Shown here: piece after piece, positions 1 through 11,534 of the stretch
How positions within the stretch are numbered: the stretch's first letter is position 1
Layout: every line of letters starts with the position of its first letter
Source: Octopus sinensis
Lineage: Eukaryota
Direction of reading: 5' to 3'
DNA length: 39,060 nt
Assembly: GCF_006345805.1 (NCBI RefSeq)
Contig: NW_021835484.1
Span: 1 to 39,060 of the forward strand
Made by a program: the position numbers and the translations under genes
The notes under the pieces: generated by a model
Databases searched by the model: none
Seen by the model: only the letters and a program-made list of their open reading frames with translations
What the model was told of the DNA's origin: nothing

Positions 1-393
1 AGTAACAGTGGTACTGGTGGTGGTGGTGGTGGTAGTAGTGTAGTAGAAGTAGTAGTAGTATAGTAGTGTAGTAGTGAGTTGGTGGTAGGTGGTTGTGGCG
101 GTGGTGGTGCGGTGGTGATAATAGTAGTAGTAGAAGTAGTAGACAGCAGCTGCAGTTGTAGTAGTGTAGTAGTAGTAGTAGTAGTGTGGTGAGTACAGTA
201 GTAGTTGTAAGTAAGTATAGTAGTACATAGTAGTAGTAGTGTATAGTAGTAGTGCATCAGCAGTGTGGTGTAGTAGTAATAGTAGTAGTATTACGTAGTA
301 GTAGTTAGTAGTTGTGGCTAGCAGTTTGTAGTAGTAGTAGAAGTAGTCTAGCTGTAGTTGTAGTAGTAGTAGTAGTAGTTTGCAGCGCCAGTT

Positions 394-433
<40 letters not shown>

Positions 434-445
434 CAGCAGCAGCAG
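1..445. repeat. Degenerate (GTA)n/(GGT)n microsatellite
   Basis: Runs of gta/ggt, noisy at 1-350 and clean at 360-445. It produces the spurious poly-T/Y ORF 348..602. Confidence 0.95.
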
Positions 446-703
446 CGGCGGCAGTTTCTTCGCTTGAACGCCCAACGGCATTGTATCGAAACTCGTATGT
501 CACGACTCTTCTGCACTCGTACATGTAAGTTGCAAACACAAAAACATATCTCAAGGCTTTAAAACGAACCGCAAAGCCAAACAACCAGGCAGACACACAC
601 ACACACTCACACTTCTATAAACATAACCTTCCTACAACTAGTGTTGGGTTTACAAGTCCCTCACAATTGTTCCCTCTATAGGACACACTGCTCCGCTAAA
701 ATA

Positions 704-1927
704 TTGGGTTGTCCGGAAAGTTCGTGCCGAATTTTAAAGGAAAGAAAAAGGTCAATAAATACCTGCCATTACATTTTTAATCAACCAAATATGAACCATT
801 TTGTGGCACAATGCGTCTCCATCTTTCCTTTAACTTGAAAATACCCTCTTCCCAGAATTGAGGTGGTTTCATGGCAAAGAATTCATCAAGGTTTCTTTTT
901 ACATCGTCCAAGGAATTGAAATTTTTACCATTAAGACTATTCTGCAGAGACCTGAATAAGGAGCAATATCTGGTGAATATGGAGGGTGGAGTAACACATC
1001 CCAGCCGAGCTGCAGCAATTTTTGTCTGGTTCCCAAAGAAACGTGCGGTCTTGCATTACCATGTTGGAAAACAACACCTTTCCTGTTGGCCATTTCTGAA
1101 CGTTTCTATTGAATTGCTGCTTTTAACTCGTCCAGTTGTGTGCAGTATTTCTCAGAATTGTCTGGTTACTTGGGAGAAGTTCATAGTACAGAATTCCTTT
1201 CTAATCCCACCAGACACAAAGCAAGACTTTTTTGGGGGGAAGACCCGCTTTTGGGGTGGCTAAGGGTGGCTCATGTCACTTACTCCAGGATCGCTTTCTC
1301 TGAACATTTCGGTAGATAATCCATTTCTCATCACCTGTCACAATTTGCTTTAAAAAAGGCGCTTTTTCATTCCGTTTATAAAGCGAATCACAGATGGAAA
1401 TGCGATCCAAAAGGTTCTCACTCAACTCATGTGGTACCCAAACAGAGTAGCGATTTGTGTACCCAAGTTTTACCAAGTGCTCATGAACGAAGGATTTTGA
1501 TAGGTTGAGGTTTTCTGCCAATTCTCGCGTTGTGAAATGTGGGTTATTCTCAATTAATGCCTGATCGCTCTTTATCAATAAGCTAGAATCTCCAGTTCGG
1601 AACCTTGCGAACCACTTCCGTACAGTTCTTTCGGATAAACAAACATCACCGTAAACTGCGCATATTTCTTTGGTTGTGAGGCATTTTCCCCCTTACAGAA
1701 AAAGAAAAGCATCAAGTGCCGAAAATGAACTTTCTTATCTTCCATTTTAAAGGATTACAGAATTAATACAGGTTATAGGAACACAAAGCTTCTTTCACGA
1801 AAAGATAGCTTAAACTGTGCTCTAAATGGAGGTGTAGTCAAATCCTATTTTATGGACTGAACCATGTTCAAAAATATGTCGAAAGGTAAGCTAATATAAA
1901 TCGGCACGAACTTTCCGAACAACCCAA
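704..1927 (-). mobile_element. Full-length decayed mariner (Tc1/mariner, DD34D type) element, 1224 bp
   Basis: TIRs ttgggttgtccggaaagttcgtgccga (704-) and its reverse complement (ending 1927). TA on both sides (702-703, 1928-1929). Transposase motifs inside. Confidence 0.95.
777..1745 (-). pseudogene. Mariner transposase pseudogene (frameshifts, deletion after YSPDIAP)
   Basis: Starts MEDKKVHFRHLML at 1745. WVPHEL and TGDEKW in ORF 1276..1578, HGNARPH and YSPDIAP in ORF 899..1093, ends FWEEGIFKLKERWRRIVPQNGSYLVD* at 777. Confidence 0.92.
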
Positions 1928-1959
1928 TAGCTCTTATGCAGCCTATAGCTCAATAGGAC

Positions 1960-2140
1960 AGCAAGCTGGCAGACTCATTAGCACGCCGGGCGAAATGCTT
2001 AGCGGTATTTCGTCTGCCGTTACGTTCTGAGTTCAAATTCCGCCGAGTTCGACTTTGCCTTTCATCTCAGAACGTAGCGGCAGACGAAATACGGCTACGC
2101 ATTTCGCCCGGCGTGCCAACGGTTCTGCCAGCTCGCCGCC
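1960..2140. mobile_element. Two family-A tRNA-derived SINE heads in inverted (tail-to-tail) orientation
   Basis: + copy 1960-2067 (ggcgaaatgcttagcggtatttcgtctgccgttacgttctgagttcaaattcc, B-box GTTCAAATTC). Reverse-complement copy 2066-2140. Confidence 0.85.
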
Positions 2141-2977
2141 CTCACTGCCCCACTATATAACACAGCTATTATATCTCTATAGCGAATTGGCTGAAACCGT
2201 GAGACTGTTAGATGGAGTATCTTGTGGTATATATTCCGGCTCTTTGGAATCTGAGTTCAAACTCTCGCAGAGATTAATTTGCCTTTTACTCTTTGGGGGT
2301 CGATAAATAAAATGACTACAGAGTACTGAGGGTGTGGTACCGTTCAGCCTTTTTCTCTTTCTGGATTGTACCCGTACGTCAAAGGACCGGCCACGTTGCA
2401 TTGCGTCACTCCGATTCGAACTGAGAATGACTTTAATGGAACAGATGTCCGCGGAATACTCAACTACAACCACTTACACGACAATATTACGTGTGTATAT
2501 GCTAGCGTATATTTTTGGATATATCAATTTAATTGATGTTTTATATCTTTTTGTCCGTATCTAAATATACTGGCACCATAGAAACGGTTGTCGAATATAT
2601 AAGCTATAATCCTCAAACAAAGATCTAGCTTTCTCCATTCCTGTTCTTGTTTTATGCTCAGAATTTCTTGAAAGTCTTCTAAATGATGTTTGGATTTACT
2701 TGTCATACACGAAGAATTACCATCGATGTTTAATTCTTCTTCTTTTTATTGGTATCTAATTGATTAATATAGTTAACTAAATTCGTTTAACACTGATTGC
2801 TTCATAGATATCTGCTTGGATTATTTATGTGGGCCGCACAGTGAATAATCGAACCGGGGTATCGTAGTGCAGGAGTGGATTCAAAAATTTCTGGTTGGGG
2901 TGAGTTTGAGGTCTGATTCACTGCAATTGATCAATGATATGACAATGTAATATGTTATATGAGATACTGAAAAAAAT

Positions 2978-3157
2978 TATTCGTCTGCCGTTACGTTCTG
3001 AGTTCAAATTCCGCCTAGGTCGACTTTGCCTTTCATCCTTTCGAGGTCGATTAAATAAGTACCAGTTAATCACTGGGGTCGATGTAATCGACTTAGTCCC
3101 CTTGTCTGTCCTTGCTTGTCCCCTTTATGTTTAGCCCCCTGTGGGCAATAAAGAAAT
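2978..3157 (+). mobile_element. SINE family A, 5'-truncated left monomer
   Basis: tattcgtctgccgttacgttctgagttcaaattcc...gcctttcatcctttcgaggtcgatt...gggcaataaagaaata, matching the copies at 10418 and 17125. Confidence 0.9.
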
Positions 3158-3711
3158 AAAAATTTCTACACTGAACCCTGCGAGGGTTGTTTGTTGCTGG
3201 TACAAAAATATGCTTTCCATCATACGTATTTAAACAAAACAGTCAAATTTGAGTAGTTTCTTAGCTGGTGTGGTGGTGGCGTGCATCCCCCTGTTGTGGT
3301 GTAGTTCCAGTATTACAGTGCGTACATAACGGTAGGCGTAAACTTTGAGAGTAGACTTATCATACCCTGTCTCTGTACTAACGGTCCCACAAATTAATAA
3401 GGTAGGTGAGTGCTGCTTTTGTTAGTTCTACAGACGCGAGTGTGGGATCACAACGGGAGACAGTCACGGTTAGTCAACGTAAGGGGTAGCGCAAATAAAC
3501 GTCAGACGAACAGCCAAAATAAACGGTAGGAACATTTTAAGCGGCGTGCTGGAGGTAGAGATGATGTTTCTCCATTTTTTTTTCATTCAATCTGTGAAGG
3601 TAACAAGACCCGATGTGCCAGGACCTTATTTTCATGTTTATCTTTTTTTTCCTTCAAATTTTTAGTTGTCAAAATTAGGGTGCGTCTCCGACGCCGGGAT
3701 ATAAGGTGTCT

Positions 3712-3720
3712 ACACATACA

Positions 3721-3752
<32 letters not shown>

Positions 3753-3769
3753 ATATATATATATATATA

Positions 3770-3808
<39 letters not shown>

Positions 3809-3882
3809 TATATACACATACATAATACATACACAACACACATACATACATACATATATATCTATATCTATCTATCTATCTA

Positions 3883-3913
<31 letters not shown>

Positions 3914-3914
3914 A

Positions 3915-3971
<57 letters not shown>

Positions 3972-4057
3972 TGTATGTATCTTTGTATATGTTGTATGTG
4001 TGTTTACACATATACACGTAGATACGTATATTATATATATTTGTTATTTGTAATCTT

Positions 4058-4101
<44 letters not shown>

Positions 4102-4127
4102 ATATATCTATATAGAATATATATATA

Positions 4128-4170
<43 letters not shown>
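3712..4170. repeat. Compound (TACA)/(TA)/(TCTA)/(CT) microsatellites
   Basis: Direct reading of tandem 2-4 bp units. Confidence 0.95.
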
Positions 4171-4176
<6 letters not shown>

Positions 4177-4224
4177 GAATATATATTTTCGAGTAAGTGC
4201 AAAAAAAAAAGTGTATTCGTATTA

Positions 4225-4360
4225 AAAAGCAAAGCGGATTATTAAACTGAAAATTAGAAGCCGGAAAGTTTGGCGAACGGTTACTCAGAGTTTCACGTTT
4301 TGCGATATTCACACAAAGAATATTCAGACGAGAAACAAGAAACTCGGAGTAACGACATCT
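4225..4360 (-). repeat. Hairpin-forming interspersed repeat, copy 1 (related to 5395-5560)
   Basis: Shares agaagccg...gttactcagagtttcacgttt with copy 2. 14-bp inverted arms at 4280-4293 and 4340-4353. Confidence 0.65.
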
Positions 4361-4379
4361 GAACGATTTCAGCTTCCAC

Positions 4380-4510
4380 CACTGACACCACCAACCACCA
4401 CCACCACCACCACCACCACCACCACCACACCACCACCACCGTCAACAACGACAACGACTACGACGTCGACGATAACGACTACGACGTCGACGATAACGAC
4501 ATCGTCGGTA
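4380..4510. repeat. (CCA)n and (ACG/GAC)n simple repeats
   Basis: Tandem cca, then gacgataacgactacgacgtc-type units. Confidence 0.9.
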
Positions 4511-4899
4511 AGACGTCTATTCTAACCACTATAAACTGCCTCTGTATAAAACAGATCTGTCCAGCAGCTAGCTACCTCTCTCTCTCTATATATATATATC
4601 TACATAGACTACAAGGCTGTAGTAGCAAGGCTGCTTCTATAGAACGTATAAGTCTAACGTAGCTCCGTATGTGTGCGTGCGCGCATGTGTTATGTGTGTG
4701 TGCCGTGTGTCTATTACAACATAGATCTACTACCGTACCTCTGCGTAGCACGGCTTTCTGCTTACACCACAGCGAATGACACCCAGTAATTTTCTCTCCC
4801 AGCATCCTTCCATCGTAGATGTATCTTTATCTTCGACATAATATTTATTTCCGATGGATGAATCTTATTCCTCCGTTTATTTCCGATTTCATTTCTTCG

Positions 4900-5126
4900 C
4901 TCTCTCACTCTCTCACTCCCTGCTCTCGTCACTCACTCCCTTATACTGTCTTTCCTCCACCACCACCTCCTCCTGCTCCTCCTCCCTTCCACGTTCTCCT
5001 CTCATTCCCTCTAACTCTCTCTCTCTCTCTCTCTCTCTATCTGTCTCTTTTTCTCTGTCTCCTGTCTCGCTCTCGCATCGCTCGCTCTCTCCTCCTCTCT
5101 TTTTCTCTTCTCGTGTCCTCTGTCTG

Positions 5127-5164
<38 letters not shown>

Positions 5165-5277
5165 TCTCTCTCTCTCACGCGTAGATACCTACTTACATTC
5201 CTACGTTCATAGATATATAGAGCATTTAAGTATGTATATGTATGTTTATGTACGTGCGTGCGTGTGTGTGTATGTGT

Positions 5278-5340
<63 letters not shown>

Positions 5341-5360
5341 ATATATGCATGTATGTATGC
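4900..5360. repeat. CT-rich polypyrimidine tract and (TG)n
   Basis: (CT)n-rich at 4900-5180, (TG)n at about 5260-5340. Confidence 0.9.
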
Positions 5361-5394
5361 CAGTTCCTGAGTGCGAAGAGGAAGGCGAGTAAAA

Positions 5395-5560
5395 AGAGTA
5401 CTTAATACGAAAAGCATTACCAGAAGCCGATAATGTCGTAAACTGTTACTCAGAGTTTCACGTTTCCGATGTTCGGACGAAGGACAAATCTGAAAGGAGG
5501 GGGTAAAAAAAAACAACAACAATAATAACAAAAAAAAAAAACTCTGGGTAACTCTTCGTG
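5395..5560 (-). repeat. Hairpin-forming interspersed repeat, copy 2
   Basis: gttactcagagttt at 5445-5458 and aaactctgggtaac at 5539-5552. Homologous to 4225-4360. Confidence 0.65.
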
Positions 5561-5599
5561 AATTCTTCGGCTTTCAAAACAAAGTCTGAAATGCACCCC

Positions 5600-5737
5600 C
5601 ACCTACACACATACACACACATACACACATACATACAAACATACATACATACAAACATACATACATAAACACACATACACATACACATACATACACACAC
5701 ATACATGCATACATACATACATACATACATACATACA

Positions 5738-5771
<34 letters not shown>

Positions 5772-5777
5772 CATTCA

Positions 5778-5811
<34 letters not shown>

Positions 5812-6541
5812 CATTCATACATGCATAATACATAGTACATACATGTATATATGTATATACATATATACATACTCAAGCATACGCACACACGCATGTATAC
5901 ATCTAAACATATGTATATATATATATGTGTGTGCGTGTGTTTAGTGTGTATACGCACACATACACACACACATATATATGTATATAAAGGTTTATTTCCT
6001 CCCCCTCACGAACATCTATATAGCTATCGCTCATTTCTGCTTACCCCCTTTCTTTCTATCCTATCTCCCCCCCTCTCTCTCTCTCTCTTACTCTCACCCT
6101 TTCTCTATATTCCCTTACCTGCATTTCACCTCCCCCTTTCCATTCCACTCATTCCACTCCTCTCTAATCACTCTCTACTACTACCTCTCCCTGTACCCCA
6201 ACTTTATTCGTATTCTCGTCAACAGTAAGTCTCATATCACCTAGCTTCCCACCCTTTTCTCCCCTTCCTCCTTCCATTCGCTTTTTCGCCTTTTCCCCCC
6301 CTCGTTCACTTCAGACTCCCTTTCATTTGCATTTACCAAGGGTCCCCCCTTCTATTCTCTTCCCTCCCATCTCTCCTATGCATTCTCTCCTCTTTCCCTT
6401 GCTCACCGTTCTTCAGTTCACGCTCTCCACTTTTTCCTTCCCACACGCATATGCACAATATATTTATGTGTTAGTATGGGTATATATATGTATATATATA
6501 TATATATATATAATATATATACACGTCTGTGTGTACATACG

Positions 6542-6572
<31 letters not shown>

Positions 6573-6673
6573 ATACAATATATATATATACACATACATT
6601 CACACACATGTATATATTTATGCATATATATATATATTCATATATATATATATACATATATGCATATATATCA

Positions 6674-6709
<36 letters not shown>

Positions 6710-6854
6710 TACATATATATATATATACATAGATATATATATATATATATAATATATATATATATATATGAATATATATGCATATATATGTTTGTGTATA
6801 TATATATATGTAAATTTATGTATATATATGTATATATATGTATATATATATATG

Positions 6855-6897
<43 letters not shown>

Positions 6898-7060
6898 TAC
6901 ACACACATACATACATATACGTGTGAATACACTTTTATGCATAAGCATAAGACACACATATATAGTAACGAAACAAATATATATGTGTGTATTATGTATG
7001 TATGTATGTATGTATGTATGTATGTGTCTATGTATGTATGTAGGTACGTGTGTTTGTATG
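5600..7060. repeat. (CATA)n/(TA)n/(CA)n blocks with a CT-rich low-complexity tract (about 5990-6440)
   Basis: Tandem simple repeats that generate the YIHT/CMYV-type ORFs. Confidence 0.95.
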
Positions 7061-7170
7061 AATGCAACCGTTTATTAGCGAATTGTAGGTTTTCTTCAAC
7101 ATTTTCACCGTTTCGACTCGATTCATTGCTCGTTGTTATGCCAACGTGGACGTCAGTCGGTTGTATCGTA

Positions 7171-7171
<1 letters not shown>

Positions 7172-7207
<36 letters not shown>

Positions 7208-8256
7208 GAGAGAGAGAGCGAAAGAATAGAGAGAGACAGCGCGAGAGACAGAGGGAGAGGTGGTAGAGAATGCGAAGAAATAACAATGTATGTGCGAGAG
7301 GGAGAGAGAAAGACAGAGAGAGAGAGGGTTAATGTGTGAGAGGGATAGAAAGATTAAGAGGGGGCGAAAAGGGGAGATAGCGGACGGTAGCGATTTAGGA
7401 AGATAAATGGATAGAGAGAGAGACAGATAGAGACAGAGAAAGAGAAGGAGAGAGTGAGTGAGAGAGAGAGAGGAGATAAGAGAGGGGGTGAGATAACGTG
7501 TATTAGAGAAATGGTATGAAAAGTGAGAGGAAAAGACGATAGAGAGAGGGGGAAAGGGGGAGAAGGAGAGGATAAAATGAGTGGGAAAAACTGACGTAGA
7601 TTAAAACGGGGAGGTGGTAAGATAAGAAAGAAAGGAGGAAAGAAAGAGGGAGGGAAAGAGAAAGAGAGAAAAAGAGAAAGAGAGAAAAAGAGGAAGAGAG
7701 AGAAGCAATGGAGATGTTGGAATAGTGTTGGAGAGAAAGGAGAGAAAGAAGTAGCGTGAGATAAATATCAGAGAATCATAGAGAGAGAAAGAGATTAAAA
7801 GTGAGTGAGATAGGGAGGGAGAGAATGAGAGAGAGAGAGAGATAGAGAGAGGAAAAGAGAGTGAGAAAGTGAAGGGGAGAGAAAGAGAGAAAAAGAGAGG
7901 GAAGAAGAGACAGAGAGAATCAACGTGATGAGGACAGTTAAAACCAGCGAAAGCGAGAAGAGGTGAGAGCGAAAATGAGAGAAGAAGAAGAAGAGAAGGA
8001 GAAGAAGAAGAAGAAGAAGAAGAAGAAGAAGAAGAAGAAGAAGAAGAAGAAGAAGAAGAAGAGAAGAAGAAGAAGAAGAAGGCTGCGTACACTATGTAAG
8101 ATGGTAATATTTAGATCTGTGTCTGCATAGGTGTGTGATATTGTTGAGTTTGTCAGCTTCCGTCAGTAGGAATGGAGAGACAAGACCATGTGTTAAGCTT
8201 GTTGGCTTTATGGTAACCTTGGGACCAATTAACCGGAACATACTCATATATTCACA

Positions 8257-8317
<61 letters not shown>

Positions 8318-8345
8318 CAGTCACATACAGACACACACAAACTCT
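7172..8345. repeat. About 900-bp polypurine (GA-rich) tract ending in (GAA)n, followed by (CA)n
   Basis: GA-rich 7172-7980, pure (GAA)n 7980-8080, (CA)n 8255-8340. Confidence 0.93.
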
Positions 8346-8449
8346 ACTAGACGTACATATATGATTATGCATACATATCTTCACATTTACGAACATGTTG
8401 TTGGTGAAAGACGTTTGAAATATTAATGAAATTAATATTTCATTCAACG

Positions 8450-8572
8450 GCGGGGGCTGTCAGAATCGTTACGGCGCCGGGCAAAAATGCTTGGCAGCAT
8501 TTCGCCCGCACTCCCCTCTACGTTCTGAGTTCAAATTCCACCGAGGTCGAATTTTCCTTTTATTCTTTCGGG
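8450..8572 (+). mobile_element. SINE family A head, diverged
   Basis: gccgggcaaaaatgcttggcagcatttcg...ctacgttctgagttcaaattccaccgaggtcg. Confidence 0.8.
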
Positions 8573-9085
8573 GAGGTGCGTGGCTTTGTGGTTCGGAGCG
8601 TTGGACTCATGACAGCAAGGTCGTGCTTTCGATTCCTAGACAGGGCAACGCGTTGTGTTCTTGAGCAAAACACTTCATATCACGGGGCTCTAGTTCACTG
8701 TACTGGCAAGAATGAGTAATTCTGCGAGGTGACTGGCGTCCTGTCCAGGTGGAGAACATATACGCACTAGAAACCGGGAAACCGGCCCTTGTGAGTCAAC
8801 ATGAGTCGAGAAGGTAACTTTAACTTTTGTGGAGATGCGTGGCTTAGTGGTTAGGATGTTGGACTCATGATCGTAAGATTGTGCTTTCAATTCCTAGACA
8901 GGGCAACGCGTTGTCTTCTTGAGCAAAACACTTCATCTCACGTGGCTCCAGTCCACTCACCCGGCAAAAACGAATGACCCTGCGACGGACCGGCGTCCCA
9001 TCCAGGTGGGGAATATATATGTCATAAAACCGGGAAACCGGCCCTTGTGAGTCGGCATGACACGATAAGGTAATTTTACCTGTTT
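8573..9085 (+). mobile_element. Two tandem head-to-tail copies of tRNA-derived SINE family B (about 255 bp each)
   Basis: 8573-8829 and 8830-9085 share gcgtggct..gtggtt...tcctagacagggcaacgcgttgt.ttcttgagcaaaacacttcat...ctgcga..gac.ggcgtcc..tccaggtgg...aaaccgggaaaccggcccttgtgagtc. Confidence 0.85.
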
Positions 9086-9274
9086 TGCGTGATGAAACAA
9101 TTACTCGTCGAGCACTGAGGTCGTTATAATTGACTTATCCACTTCTTCCGAAATTACTGGCCTCGTGCCAAAACTTGAGTCCAATATTTCGTTCAACGTG
9201 TTTCTCTATGCATCTCTGCTGAAGAATAAGCAACAGTATTTGTGTTGGTGTATGTTGTTACAGGTTTAACCAAA

Positions 9275-9500
9275 CGAGGGGGTACTCAAAAGATCCTGGC
9301 TTCGGGTAAAACAATCTACAGGAGGATCAGTCAATTATAACTTTATTCAACATATTCCCTTTCTCAGATTCACACACTTATTGCAGCCATCCTTCAGTTT
9401 TTCTAAGCTCTGTAAAAGAACTCGGGAGGTTGGGTCTCCAGCCGGGCTTTTCGTTATATCATTTTAAAGCGAGGATCTTTTCAACACGGCCTTGAATAAG
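9275..9500 (-). mobile_element. 3' end of a third mariner (TIR starting CGAGGGG, irritans/Hsmar2-like)
   Basis: Minus strand encodes LETQPPEFFY and, after a frameshift, EKLKDGCNKCVNLRREYVE*, the typical mariner C-terminus. TIR-like cgaggggggtactcaaaag at 9275. Confidence 0.75.
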
Positions 9501-9992
9501 TAAGCATGTAGTTGCATATGTATTATATATACGTACTCACACAGACGTGCATGTGTGCTTGCTTGTATAAGTGTGTGTGTGTGTGTGCGTGCGTGTGCTG
9601 TGCCTTTAATCATTCTTTAAGTAATACGGATATGTTACTCGAGTTTCATGCCAAACAAGTCAGTATATATATCACAAAAATTAACGCACCGGTTTTCGTT
9701 TCACTGACATATTCATTGTGGCTGCTAACGCGTGAGTTCGGTCGATAATCTTGTGCATGTGACATAAAGGATATAACTATCGTTATTGTGTCACTTAGTA
9801 TTAAACTTTGTGAGTATGATAAATATATATATGTGAACAGCTATATTTAAAATTTACTTGTCTGTGTGTGTCTAACAATGTATGTGAATATTGTGTGAAA
9901 TACGTAAATCGATATGCGTGTAAAAAATATAGTAGATCTAATTAGTGTAGGAAAAAGCCCATTTTTTTTCTTGAAACATTTCCTGTTTTTAG

Positions 9993-10009
9993 ACAAATTT
10001 TTATCTAAG
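9993..10009 (+). CDS. Candidate 17-nt micro-exon (xKFLSK) of an unidentified + strand gene
   Basis: Acceptor tttcctgtttttag, donor AAG|gtatca. Ends in phase 0, matching candidate exon 11469. Confidence 0.25.
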
Positions 10010-10039
10010 GTATCAGATGAACCCACATCGCAGTAGGAA

Positions 10040-10355
10040 ACAGAAAGAACAGCAGCTCTGTCCAATTCTCTAAAAGCAGTTTTACACCATGGCCACACCC
10101 TCTGGCTGAAACTAGTAAGATTAAGAGTAATTGACACACCATCGGTTACGACGACGAGGGTTCCATCTGATCCGATCTACAGAACTGCCTGCCCGTGAAA
10201 TTAACGTGCAAGTGGATGAGTACTCCACAGATATGCGTACCCATAACCTAGTTCTCATGGAGTTTCAGCGTGACACAGAGTGTGACAAGGCTGGCCCCTT
10301 TGAATTATTGCCAGCTGAGTGAAATGGAGCAACATGAAATAAGGTTTTTATTCAA
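10040..10355 (-). mobile_element. SINE family C fragment (reverse)
   Basis: acgacgagggttccatctgatccgatc...gaaattaacgtgcaagtgg...cagcgtgacacagagtgtgacaaggctggcc...ggagcaacatgaaataa. A small related piece is at about 12065-12100. Confidence 0.7.
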
Positions 10356-10357
10356 GG

Positions 10358-11033
10358 TGTTTGTGCCCTCTATGTTTAGCCCCTGTGGGCAATAAAGAAA
10401 TATCTCTCGGTTTTAAAAGGCGGCAAGATGGCAGAAACGTTAGCACGCCGGGCGAAATGCTTAGCGGTATTTCGTTTGCCGCGACGTTCTGAGTTCAAAT
10501 TCCGCCGAGATCGACTTTGCCTTTCATCCTTTCGGGGTCGATTAAATAAGTACCAGTACGCACTGGGGTCGATATAATCGACTTAATCCGTTTGTCTGTC
10601 CTTGTTCGTTCTCTCTGTATTTAGCCCCTTGTGGGTCGTAAAGAAATAGATATTTCGTCTGCCTTTACGTTCTAAGTTCAAATTCAGCCGAAGTCGGCTT
10701 TGCCTTTCATCTTTTCGGGCTCGATAAATTAAGTACCAATTACGCACTGGGGTCGATGTAATCGACTTAATCCGTTTGTCCGTCCTTGTTTGTCCCCTCT
10801 GTGTTTAGCCCCTTGTGGGCAATAAAGAAATAAGAAACGTTAGCACAGCCGGGCGAAATGCTTAGCGGTATTTCGTCTATCTTTATGTTCTGAGTTCAAA
10901 TTCCGCCGAGGTCAACTTTGCCTTTCATCCTTTCGGGGCCGATAAATTAAGTACCAGTTGCATACTGGGATCCATCTAATGGACTGGCTCCCTCCCCCCA
11001 ATTTCTGGCCTTGTGCCTAGAGGAGAAAAGAAT
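10358..11033 (+). mobile_element. Tandem array of family-A SINE monomers (tail fragment plus 3 units)
   Basis: Units at 10418-10648, 10651-10832 and 10833-11033. The first two end in gggc/gggt...aaagaaata, the last in cctcccccca...ggccttgtgcctagag..gaaaagaat. Confidence 0.92.
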
Positions 11034-11468
11034 ATCACTATTCTCAAACATAGCTAGTGTACGCCTGTGGAGCCGTACTAAGAAAAGTTTGACGAATGAT
11101 GATCAATATTTTTGAACTCTGTAGAGGATTCATTTATATTGGTGATTGATAGGAAACTTGAGTAACATATTTGGATGCCATAAGTACTATAAAATTGCAT
11201 GTATATCTACTCACAGTTATATCTCTCTACCTATCTTAATTTCTCAGCAGCCGAGTTCTCGGCCCTCAACATCGCGGATTTGCAATAAGAAAACAGGGAC
11301 ACAAATATGTTTAAAATTTGGATTTTTGCAAGAAAATAAGGAAAAGTTTCGTCATTCATATACAAAAAGTCGACGAACAAAGTCAGAATCATGAGCTTCT
11401 TGATTGTGCATTGGTGACAATAGCTATAATGGCTACTGTCTTTGCTACAGTTTTCTATTTTGTTTCAG

Positions 11469-11534
11469 GAACCCTTTTCATCTGTTTTTTATTCTTTTAA
11501 ATCCAAATGTATTTTGAAGTACCGCAGCATTTAC
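11469..11534 (+). CDS. Candidate 66-nt exon (EPFSSVFYSFKSKCILKYRSIY)
   Basis: Acceptor ttttctattttgtttcag, donor TAC|gtaagt. Only phase 0 is open, length is a multiple of 3. Confidence 0.4.

Noticed and set aside
1-350. Irregular GTA repeat (and the irregular GT tract at 34.7-35.5 kb) that might encode a hidden pattern
   Set aside because: The irregularities look like random indels or substitutions, consistent with decay or uncorrected long-read error. I found no consistent period.
2524-2930. Minus-strand QEWRKLDLCLRIIAYIF, reminiscent of a Cys-loop receptor M4 region
   Set aside because: Stops lie upstream in all frames, there are no convincing splice sites, and the similarity is too weak.
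3640-3710. ccttatatcccggcgtcggagacgcaccctaatttt (minus strand), resembling a pogo/Tigger-like subterminal motif
   Set aside because: No matching second end or TSD was found.
10418-11033. Repeated units with hairpins resembling a CRISPR array or tRNA gene cluster
   Set aside because: The units are about 180-230 bp SINE monomers without unique spacers, and no complete cloverleaf is present. The context is eukaryotic.
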